Origin: an uncultured Clostridia bacterium
GTDB lineage: Bacteria; Bacillota; Clostridia; TANB77; CAG-508
Assembly: GCA_947627595.1 (NCBI GenBank)
Contig: CANQWQ010000008.1
Span: forward strand, 2,198-66,197
DNA length: 64,000 nucleotides
Reading direction: 5' to 3'
Shown: positions 1 to 8,060 of the stretch, piece after piece
How positions within the stretch are numbered: the first letter of the stretch is position 1
Layout of the letters: the number at the start of each line of letters is the position of its first letter
Made by a program: the position numbers and the translations under genes
Notes under the pieces: generated by a model
Told to the model about the DNA's origin: nothing
The model's database searches: none
The model's input: only the letters and a program-made list of their open reading frames with translations

Positions 1-469
1 CAATGTGATCTTCGTGTCCATGAGTAATTACCAAACCTCTTATTTTTTCTCTATTTTTCTCTAAATAAGTGAAATCTGGAATTACAAGGTCAATTCCTAA
101 CATATCATCTTCTGGAAAAGCAACACCACAGTCAACTATAACAATATCGTCACCATATTCGAAAACTGTCATGTTTTTTCCTATTTCTTCTATTCCGCCT
201 ATTGGAATGATTTTTAAATTCTCTTTGCTAGTTCTTTTAAAAATATTTTCTTGAAATTTTCTTTCATTGTAATTTTTGTTTAATCTTGTTTCTTGTTTTT
301 TGACAACCGTTAATGGTCTAGGCTCAACATTAACTATTGCCGTATTTTCATTATTTTTTCTCTTTTGAGTAGCTTGAGATTTAGTAGGCTTATGAGTGGT
401 TCTCTTTCTTCCTCTTTGACCACGCAAAAAAGCACCTGTCGTCTCAGGCTTATTGTTTTCATTATTCAT
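1..469 (-). CDS. rnj: Ribonuclease J, N-terminal part (gene continues past the window start)
   Basis: Absent from the ORF track because it is truncated by the edge. Own translation from ATG 469-467: [12 protein letters not shown]...[72 protein letters not shown]. This is the metallo-beta-lactamase HxHxDH start typical of RNase J. Confidence 0.85.
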   Translation of the reverse strand, partial: MNNENNKPETTGAFLRGQRGRKRTTHKPTKSQATQKRKNNENTAIVNVEPRPLTVVKKQETRLNKNYNERKFQENIFKRTSKENLKIIPIGGIEEIGKNMTVFEYGDDIVIVDCGVAFPEDDMLGIDLVIPDFTYLEKNREKIRGLVITHGHEDHI

Positions 470-579
470 TAAATTATCTCCTTAATCTTTTAATTCAAAA
501 CAAATAAATTCTCTCGGGTTCTAGAGAATTTCTTAAAATTAATATTTAAAATGATTTCCGAACAATTTAAACTATTAAA

Positions 580-608
580 ATTATACTATAAAACTAAATT
601 ATTGTCAA
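580..608 (-). promoter_or_regulatory. Consensus sigma-A type promoter upstream of rnj
   Basis: Minus strand reads TTGACA (608-603), a 17-nt spacer, then TATAAT (585-580), about 110 nt upstream of the rnj ATG. Confidence 0.6.
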
Positions 609-612
609 CTAC

Positions 613-752
613 GAGAGACATATATATTCTCCCAGCTCCTCCCACCTTCGAACGAACTATAAAATTTAAAGCAATATTCTTACTTTAAATTTAATAGTCC
701 GTAACTCGGCGGTCCCCACAGCGGTCGCTTGGGTCGAATATATATGTCTCTC
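613..752 (-). repeat. Structured GC-rich-core repeat, copy 1 of 3
   Basis: Perfect 17-bp outer stem gagagacatatatattc / gaatatatatgtctctc encloses a ~105-nt core that is near-identical to 13462-13605 (reverse complement) and 56586-56727. It starts 4 nt after the stop codon of the 757-1641 gene. Confidence 0.75.
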
Positions 753-756
753 TTTA

Positions 757-1641
757 TTATAATAATATCAATTTGGCTATGAAGAATCCTTCATAGTATG
801 AATTTGGACAAATCGTTAATGTTCCGTCTGAGCTTGGTAAATAATTGATGTTTTTGTCTTCGAACTTTGGAATTGGAACTATTTTAACTTTGTCTTTAAA
901 TTTTTCTAAAATTTTCTCATTTTCATCTTTTAATATTGAGCAAGTTGAATATATTATTTCTCCGCCTGTACTAAGTAAGTTTATAGCTTTTTTTAAAAGT
1001 GCTTCTTGAACTTTTGTAATTCTTGTAATTAACTCTTCTGAAAAATTTTCAGAAAAGACGCCTTCTGTACCACTTCCAGAGCATGGCGTATCTAAAAGAA
1101 TTTTGTTGAATTTAAAATAATCGCTTAATGATCTACTATCTTCTTTCATTAGATTATAATTTTTCGCACCTTGTTTTTCCAAATTATATTTTAACCTATC
1201 AAATCTAATTTTATTCTTTTCGCAAGCTGTAATAAAAGCTTTATTTTGTGATAGACTCGCAATTTGAGCAGTCTTTCCGCCTGGAGCTGCACACATATCT
1301 AAAATATTTTCTTTTTCTTTTGGCTCTAAAACTAAGACTGGCATCATTGCTGATAAGTTTTGTAGATAGATTTTTCCTGATTCATAAATATCTAAAGATT
1401 TAATTTTATTTTCTGAATTTTCGTCTAAAATAAAAGCATCTTCATAAAAATCTGGCTTTGAAAATGAAATATTATTTTCTTTTAAAACATTTTCAATTTC
1501 ATTAACATTTGACTTTATTTTATTTACTCTAAATGTAGTTTTCTTTGCTTCTTTTAAGCCATTTACTATTTTTTCTACATCTTCTTTTTCATATTGACTT
1601 TCAAGTTTTTCAATTAAAAATTCTGGCACGATTTTTTCCAT
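757..1641 (-). CDS. RsmB/RsmF (NOL1/NOP2/Sun) family rRNA cytosine-C5 methyltransferase
   Basis: 294-aa ORF with the SAM motif MCAAPGGKT and the catalytic Cys motifs DTPCSGSGT and YSTCS. Confidence 0.8.
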   Translation of the reverse strand: MEKIVPEFLIEKLESQYEKEDVEKIVNGLKEAKKTTFRVNKIKSNVNEIENVLKENNISFSKPDFYEDAFILDENSENKIKSLDIYESGKIYLQNLSAMMPVLVLEPKEKENILDMCAAPGGKTAQIASLSQNKAFITACEKNKIRFDRLKYNLEKQGAKNYNLMKEDSRSLSDYFKFNKILLDTPCSGSGTEGVFSENFSEELITRITKVQEALLKKAINLLSTGGEIIYSTCSILKDENEKILEKFKDKVKIVPIPKFEDKNINYLPSSDGTLTICPNSYYEGFFIAKLILL

Positions 1642-1655
1642 TTTAACCTCTTTTA

Positions 1656-1689
1656 AAAAGCTAGCGATAATTTAAACTCGCTAGCTTTT
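1656..1689 (-). terminator. Rho-independent terminator after the M23 peptidase gene
   Basis: 12-bp stem aaaagctagcga / tcgctagctttt with a U-tract on the minus strand. Confidence 0.6.
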
Positions 1690-1707
1690 GTATTTTATAT
1701 TTTATTT

Positions 1708-2949
1708 TTAGCCTGGTAAATATTTAAATGGGTTAACAGCTCTACCATTTACAAACACAGAGAAATGTAAATGAGTTCCACCTAACGGATTTGATGTACT
1801 TGGCCTTGGTTGAACATTTCCTGTATTTCCAACATAACCTATAATTTGTCCTTGTTTTACTTTTTGTCCTTTTGAAACAGTTCTTGAACCAGCTTTTAAG
1901 TGAGCATATAATGTGATAGTTCCATCTTGATGATCTATTTCAACATATTCTCCATAGCTTGCATATGATCCAACATAATTTCCATCTGTTCCATAATTAG
2001 CTATAGATCCTCCAATAGCTTTAGAAGTTCTAACAACTCCGTCTTTAACTGCAACGACTTCTTTTCCACGAACATTTATATTAACATCAACGCCATTGTG
2101 ACCACTATATGATGGATATGTTTTTGTAGCAATATTTGCTTTAGAAAGTCCAGGAATTGGGAAAGTATATCCATAAGCACTTGGTGCCATCTCTGTATAA
2201 ACAATTCCATTTTTTCTTTGTTCTTCAACATATCTAGCAATTTCATCTGCAATAGCTTTTTGTTCTGCTTCATATTGTTGTAATTGGTTTTGTAATTCTT
2301 TATCTTCAGCATTTAATGCTGAAACTTTAGCATCTTTTTCAGCTTTTAAAGCTTTTAATGCATCTTGTTTTTCAACTTGTTCTTGTTTTGCAAGTTCTAA
2401 AGTTTTCTTATCTTCTTCAAGTTGTACTTTATCATTTTCTAGAGCAACTTTAGCATCTTTTAAAGCTGTTATTAAATTTGTATCATATTCAGCAATATCT
2501 GAAATTAAATAATATTTTGAAAGAAAGTCTGACAAATCTTTTGATGTTAATAACATATCTAAATATGATGTATTTCCACTTTCATATATTGCAACAAGTC
2601 TTTTTTCAAGAAGTTCTTGTTTTTCTTTAGTTTCTTTCTCTTTTTGAGCAATATCATTTTCAGTTTTTGTTATGTTATTTGTAGTAGTTTCAATTTTAGC
2701 TGATAAATCTGTTATTGCAGATTCATATGTAGAAATTTTGCTATTTAAATCTTCAACTTCCTGTAATGCTGCTGATAAGTTTGCTTCAACTTCATCAATT
2801 TCTTTTTTAGTTGAAGAAATTTTATCTTTTACACTACTATTTCTACTGTCTAATTCACTTTTTGTTGCAGCAATTGTATAATATGCTCCAAGTGAACTTC
2901 CTATTGCGATTGCTATAATTAAAACAATCGCTAGTATTTTTGTTTTCAT
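1708..2949 (-). CDS. M23 family metallopeptidase with a long N-terminal coiled coil (EnvC-like)
   Basis: 413 aa. N-terminal TM helix, Q/E/K-rich coiled coil, and a C-terminal GHNGVDV ... HLHFSV LytM/M23 signature. Confidence 0.85.
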   Translation of the reverse strand: MKTKILAIVLIIAIAIGSSLGAYYTIAATKSELDSRNSSVKDKISSTKKEIDEVEANLSAALQEVEDLNSKISTYESAITDLSAKIETTTNNITKTENDIAQKEKETKEKQELLEKRLVAIYESGNTSYLDMLLTSKDLSDFLSKYYLISDIAEYDTNLITALKDAKVALENDKVQLEEDKKTLELAKQEQVEKQDALKALKAEKDAKVSALNAEDKELQNQLQQYEAEQKAIADEIARYVEEQRKNGIVYTEMAPSAYGYTFPIPGLSKANIATKTYPSYSGHNGVDVNINVRGKEVVAVKDGVVRTSKAIGGSIANYGTDGNYVGSYASYGEYVEIDHQDGTITLYAHLKAGSRTVSKGQKVKQGQIIGYVGNTGNVQPRPSTSNPLGGTHLHFSVFVNGRAVNPFKYLPG

Positions 2950-2971
2950 CTGTACCTCTTTCTAGTAAAAG

Positions 2972-4435
2972 TTATTCTTGTGGTCTTGGTTTTAAACTAG
3001 CTAATTTTGCTTTTACTGTTTCTATAATGGTATTTAAAAATTTATCTTTGAATAGTATTAACATTCCAATGTAAGTCAAAACTCCGACTGTAATTTGTGC
3101 AATTATTGAAACTACTGGTGTATGAACTATAAGCTTAACAACTAAGCACATCAAGAACATAACCACACTCGCAACTAAATATCTAACAGCAAGTCTTATT
3201 AATAGCTTCCATTTTATATCATGTCTAACATAATAAATCTGAACACCATCAACTATAACTTGTGACAATATTGTAGCGATTGAAGCTCCAATTGATTGCC
3301 ATAAATTTATAAAAATAAAATTTAAAATCAGATTTGCTACAACTCCAGCCATAACTGAAATTGTGTATTTTTTCTGTTTTTTCGTTGGCAACATATATTG
3401 TGAACCGATAACATTTTCGATTCCCATAAGTAAAATCATTGGACAGAAAATTATAATTAATGTTGCTGCTTTTTCATAACCTTTTCCAAAGAAAATTGGA
3501 ACAAAATCTTTAGCAATTGAGCCTATTCCAAACATCATTGGAAACGAAATGAAAAACACAAATGTAAATGAATTTTTTATATATTTATTAATTTGCTTTT
3601 TATCGCCATTTGCAAAAATATTTGCAACTCTAGGAATCATAACAACTCCAAGAGATGTAACTATTGTTATTAAAAGTCTAATTACTTTTTGAGATTGATC
3701 ATAAAAACCTGTCTCATTTTTATTTGATATTATTGCGCCAAGCATTGTTGTATCTAGCAAATTGTAGATTTTTGTAGTTACTTGTGGAATAAATAGCATT
3801 AAAAGTGGAACAAAGTGCATTTTTAAATTTAGCTTTCCAACCTTTTCGCCTTTTAAATATTTTGGCAAGTAAAACCACAAAAGTAAGTTTCCTAGGAAAT
3901 CTCCAAGAGAATAAATTAAAACGAATTTCCATAAATCTCCTGAAGTTTTAACAAGTATAAAAACTAAGCTGACACTAATGATTCTAACTAAAACATTTCT
4001 TAAAACTGTTTTTTTGAAATCTTCAATTCCTTGGAAGAACCAACTAATGTCAAAGCCCGATGCCAGTAGCTCTAACAGTAAAATCAAATAATATATATGA
4101 TATTTTTCACCTCTAACAAATGCTAAGCAATAGATTATGACTGAAATTGCTAGAGTTATAAATCTAAATGAAATTAGTTCTAAAAACACTTTTTTTCGTT
4201 TAGTAGGATCATCTTGAACATAAGCAATTTCTCTTTGACCATATAAAGCAATTCCAAGAGAACCAAATAAAACGAAATATGTTACAATTGAATATGTGTA
4301 ACCATAAATTCCAACACCTTCTGGTCCTAAAACTCTAGATAAATAAGGTGTTGTTACTAGCGGAAGAATTAAAATCAAAATTTGATAAATCAAATTATAC
4401 ATGTAATTTCTGACGACGCTCTTCTTTTCTGACAT
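2972..4435 (-). CDS. Polysaccharide biosynthesis protein / Wzx-like flippase (MOP superfamily)
   Basis: Polytopic ~12-14 TM protein. Start placed at MSEKKSVV (ATG 4435) because GGAGGAATT lies just upstream. Confidence 0.75.
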   Translation of the reverse strand: MSEKKSVVRNYMYNLIYQILILILPLVTTPYLSRVLGPEGVGIYGYTYSIVTYFVLFGSLGIALYGQREIAYVQDDPTKRKKVFLELISFRFITLAISVIIYCLAFVRGEKYHIYYLILLLELLASGFDISWFFQGIEDFKKTVLRNVLVRIISVSLVFILVKTSGDLWKFVLIYSLGDFLGNLLLWFYLPKYLKGEKVGKLNLKMHFVPLLMLFIPQVTTKIYNLLDTTMLGAIISNKNETGFYDQSQKVIRLLITIVTSLGVVMIPRVANIFANGDKKQINKYIKNSFTFVFFISFPMMFGIGSIAKDFVPIFFGKGYEKAATLIIIFCPMILLMGIENVIGSQYMLPTKKQKKYTISVMAGVVANLILNFIFINLWQSIGASIATILSQVIVDGVQIYYVRHDIKWKLLIRLAVRYLVASVVMFLMCLVVKLIVHTPVVSIIAQITVGVLTYIGMLILFKDKFLNTIIETVKAKLASLKPRPQE

Positions 4436-4511
4436 AATTCCTCCATTTTCCAATATTTCGTTTACATTATACCATTAAGGTTTTATAATGTGAATACTTA
4501 TTATAAAAATT

Positions 4512-5443
4512 TTACCTAAATTTAACATTTCCAATTAATTCGACAGTTTTTTCTTCGTCTAAATCAAAAACCCATACCCCATTTTTATAAACTGACTCGC
4601 CTGGAAGTTGCTCTAGTGCTAAGTTTTGAGTATCAAACTCTGTCAATAAAACTACATATGACAAAATTTGAGTTAAACTTAAGTTTGTATCAATATTTTC
4701 AAAGCCTAGTTTTGCTATTTCTTTTATTTCATCAATTGACTTAACATTTAAAGTTTGTTGCAAAACTGCTAAAATAAAGTTTCTTCCGAGTTTTCATTCT
4801 TCCAAAATCATTATCTCCATATTCTTGAGGATATGTTGTTCCATTGTTATTATGTCTAAATCTCAAAAGCACTTCAGCCTTTTTTCCATCAATAGTTTGA
4901 ACACCCTTTTTTAAATGTATGTGAAGATTTTGAGTTTTATCATCATAATTCATATCAATTGGAACGTCAAACTCAACTCCTCCAAGTAAATCTACCAGTT
5001 TAATTAAACCTTTATTATTAATTACAGCATAGTATTTTATATCAAGACCTGTTAATTCATTTACTTTTTTCATAATTTTTTCAGGATTTTTCTCACTAAA
5101 ATATGAGTTTATTTTGTCTTGTGGTTTTGCATAGTTTATATTTTTTCCGACAAAAGTATCTCTTGGAATCGAAATCATAAATGCTTCTTGATTTTTAGGG
5201 TCATAGCCAAGACACATTATAGTATCAGCTAAAGTTTGACCTAAATCTTTATTTTCACCTAAAAGTAAAACATAAATTGGTTCCAAATTTGTGACATTTT
5301 CAGCAACATTTTTAGCAATTCCGAACTGCAGCTTTCACAGGGTTTCCGTCTGATTTCTTTAGTTCTGTTAAAAACATATAATCAACTATTACAATGAAAA
5401 ACAATAAAACAATTCCAATAAATTTAAATAATTTTTTTAACAT
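4512..5443 (-). CDS. LytR-CpsA-Psr (LCP) family protein; needs +1 frame changes at CGG 4786 and 5321 (a third at 5460 if the start is ATG 5510)
   Basis: Fragments 4512..4763, 4741..5286 and an N-terminal TM piece (MLKKLFKFIGIVLLFFIVIV) join into one LCP protein (LLLGENKD..ADTIM..SIPRDT). Confidence 0.8.
4786..4788 (-). other. In-frame CGG at an ORF junction (putative +1 recoding site), LCP gene
   Basis: Sense strand: ATG AAA ACT CGG AAG. Reading GGA in +1 gives MKT-G-RNFILAVLQQTLNVKSIDE, which equals ORF 4512..4763. Confidence 0.7.
5321..5323 (-). other. In-frame CGG at an ORF junction (putative +1 recoding site), LCP gene
   Basis: Sense strand: GCA GTT CGG AAT TGC TAA. The +1 reading gives AV-G-IAKNVAENVTNLEPIYVLLLGENKD, which equals ORF 4741..5286. 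Confidence 0.7.
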
Positions 5444-5459
5444 TTTCTTTCTCTTTCTT

Positions 5460-5462
5460 CCG
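5460..5462 (-). other. In-frame CGG (possible +1 site) in a possible N-terminal extension of the LCP gene
   Basis: ATG 5510-5508 gives MEKIIFLKEITHNKKK, then CGG. The +1 reading gives G-RKRKK-MLKKLF, in frame with ATG 5443. Whether this upstream ATG is used is uncertain. Confidence 0.4.
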
Positions 5463-5587
5463 TTTTTTCTTATTATGAGTTATTTCTTTCAAAAATATTA
5501 TTTTTTCCATTGTTTTTTTCTCTTTCATATATTAAAATAAAAAATGAGAAATGGGGACAGTCCCCTTTTCCCAAAAAGGAGATTTTT

Positions 5588-6787
5588 ATGAAAAAAAGTT
5601 TAAAAATATTAATTCTTATAATTATAATTGTTATTTTAAGTGTTTGTTTATATTTTGCATATAAGCAATTAAATAAGTCCCAAAAAGCTCAAAATTATGA
5701 AGATCTAGAGCTTTATTTGTTAGACATTTATGGAAGAACTTTTTTAATTCCAGAGTTTGATGATATAAATGATGCTGATGAAAACTGGCTTTGGGAAAAT
5801 GTAAATCAATATGTTTGGAATCATGATGATGAATTTCATGAACAAAATAATCAAGAATATGGCTACACTTATGATGAAGTTTCCAAAATCGTAAAAACTC
5901 TTTATGGAGATAATTTAAAAAAGCAATTTCCAAAAGGTGCTGTTTCAATGAGATATAACAATTATCGTGATTTATATGGTCCAACTTCTTTTGACACTCC
6001 TTTTTATTATAATTATCAAATTGATAAAATTGAAAAATCTGGAAACACTTACACTGTTTCACTTTACGATTATGTAATTTCACTTTATTTTTCTTATGGT
6101 GATGATGAAACAGATGAAAATGATTTTACTGTTTTTAATACTTATGATTATATTTTAAATGGTGATGAAGGCGCTACTCCTCTTGTTTCTGTAGCAAGTT
6201 TAAAAGATAAAAATTTTGTTAATTTGCTAAATGAAAAAGAAAAACTTTCACATAAAATCTTAACTATTGAATATGATGAACAAACAAACCTTTATCATAT
6301 TGTTTCTTGTAAATATGAAGGAACAAAGCCAGAAGAAATATTATCAAATGTTTATTCAGATATGAAAGAAACTTTTGAAATATATGCGATAAATTATGAT
6401 AGAGATGATATCTACACTCAAGACGAAGTTTTAGTAGAAAATTTTGATGAGTTATCTTCAATTTATACTGAAAACGCGCTTGAAACTTACAAAAACGAGA
6501 TGGACTTATTTGTTTATAAAGATAATGGAGAAGTTTATATAACAGCTGGAGATATTAATATTGCTAATTATTTAGTAAAAACAGAGTTTAAAGATATTGA
6601 AGAATCAGATGACAAAATTTCAGCTACTGCTGTTAGAACATTTAGAGAAGACTGGTATGAAGAATCTGAAGGATATAACAAAATTTATCAAATTGAAAAT
6701 AAATTTACTATTGTTAAAAAAGATGGAAAATGGTATGTAGATGAATTTAGCTATAATGGAGATTATAGCAATCCAGAAAACAGTTAA
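5588..6787 (+). CDS. Hypothetical membrane-anchored protein
   Basis: Start moved to ATG 5588 (AAAGGAG 7 nt upstream). MKKSLKILILIIIIVILSVCLYFAY TM helix, then an acidic, Tyr/Asp-rich extracytoplasmic part. No recognisable family. Confidence 0.6.
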   Translation: MKKSLKILILIIIIVILSVCLYFAYKQLNKSQKAQNYEDLELYLLDIYGRTFLIPEFDDINDADENWLWENVNQYVWNHDDEFHEQNNQEYGYTYDEVSKIVKTLYGDNLKKQFPKGAVSMRYNNYRDLYGPTSFDTPFYYNYQIDKIEKSGNTYTVSLYDYVISLYFSYGDDETDENDFTVFNTYDYILNGDEGATPLVSVASLKDKNFVNLLNEKEKLSHKILTIEYDEQTNLYHIVSCKYEGTKPEEILSNVYSDMKETFEIYAINYDRDDIYTQDEVLVENFDELSSIYTENALETYKNEMDLFVYKDNGEVYITAGDINIANYLVKTEFKDIEESDDKISATAVRTFREDWYEESEGYNKIYQIENKFTIVKKDGKWYVDEFSYNGDYSNPENS

Positions 6788-6799
6788 AAGGGACTAATT

Positions 6800-7850
6800 A
6801 TGGAAGAAAAAGATATTGTAAATGAAGAAAAAAACAGAGAAATATATTTTGACATTCTAAAAATAGTAGCATGCTTTTTTGTTATTATATTGCATGTTGC
6901 AGCTAGATGTTGGTATAACACTGATATATATTCTTTTGAATGGAATGTACTTAATTTTTATGATGGAATATCAAGATGGACTGTGCCTGTTTTTGTTATG
7001 GTAAGTGGTGCAATATTTCTAAATAAAGATGATTCAGTCAAAAAAATTTATATAAAAAATATTTTGAAATTGGTTGTTGTATTTTTTGTATGGTCATATA
7101 TTTATTTATATATAAACGGAAAGCAAGATTTAATTTATAATGTTTTTAAATTATTAATTGGAAATTTTCATATGTGGTTTATATATATGATAATTGGATT
7201 ATATATTATGACACCAATTTTCAAATGTATTGTTAAAGATAAATTTTTAACGAAATATTTTTTAATATTGTGCTTTATTTTTTCATTTGCAATTCCGCAA
7301 ATTATTACTATTGCTTCATTTTTTGAAGAAAGTCTAGGAGCAGTTTTACAACTTATAATAGATAATTTTCATTTTACTTTTGTTTCTGAATTTGCTTTTT
7401 ATTATATAATTGGATATTGCTTAAATAAAGTCGACATAAAAAAGAAAACGAGAAATCTTATATATTTTATGGGAATTTGTGGATTTATTTTAACATTTTT
7501 GTTATCTACAATTTCTAGTAGATATATAAACGAACCAAGTGAGCTATTTTTCCGTTGGGAACGGAATAAACGTATTACTAATGAGTATAGCTGTTTTTGT
7601 ATTATTTAAAAACAAGTTTAAAAATATAAAAGTAAATAAAACTTTTAGAAAATTAATCACTAATTTATCAAAATATACTTTATTCATTTATATGGCACAT
7701 GTAATATTTATAATTTTGTTAGAAAATGACATTTTAAAATTTAATCCTATTTTATCTGTACCAATAATTAGTTTGATAATTTTTACGATTTCTGCATTAT
7801 TAGCGGCAGGTTTTAGCAAAGTGCCAATAGTTAATAAATTTATTATGTAA
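6800..7850 (+). CDS. Acyltransferase family 3 (O-acetyltransferase-like) membrane protein; needs +1 at CGG 7562
   Basis: ORFs 6800..7609 and 7539..7850 join into one ~10-TM protein. The N-terminal part, FDILKIVACFFVIILHVAA, is typical of Acyl_transf_3. Confidence 0.75.
7562..7564 (+). other. In-frame CGG at an ORF junction (putative +1 recoding site), acyltransferase gene
   Basis: TGG GAA CGG AAT. The +1 reading gives WE-G-INVLLMSIAVFVLFKNKF, which equals ORF 7539..7850. Confidence 0.7.
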
Positions 7851-7853
7851 GCA

Positions 7854-7890
7854 AAAGCTCTTGCGATATTTTCACAAGAGCTTTTTATAA
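7854..7890. terminator. Bidirectional hairpin terminator
   Basis: Stem aaaagctcttg / caagagctttt lies between the convergent acyltransferase gene and the micro-ORF. The stem arms themselves start with an A-run and end with a T-run, which could act as the U-tract in either direction. Confidence 0.6.
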
Positions 7891-7895
7891 ACTAA

Positions 7896-7976
7896 TTAGT
7901 TATTATTATTGTTGTTATTATTGTTTTGAGAATTTTTGTTGCTATTCTTGTTTTTGCTTTTCTTACTTTCTGACAT
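7896..7976 (-). CDS. Possible 26-aa Lys/Asn-rich micro-protein (MSESKKSKNKNSNKNSQNNNNNNNNN)
   Basis: Strong SD GGAGGTG lies 8 nt before ATG 7976 and the terminator 7854-7890 follows. Not in the ORF track because it is too short. Confidence 0.35.
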   Translation of the reverse strand: MSESKKSKNKNSNKNSQNNNNNNNNN

Positions 7977-8060
7977 ACTAGAAGCACCTCCGTCTTTTAA
8001 AAACTCGAAAATTAAAATTCTCTTTTAGAATTATAATTTAAAAATATTATAACTCAAAAA

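Noticed and set aside
5510-5587. TTG start at 5510 for the plus-strand ORF 5510..6787.
   Set aside because: The extension runs through the GGGGACAGTCCCC hairpin and has no SD. ATG 5588 has AAAGGAG 7 nt upstream and begins a normal signal-anchor sequence.
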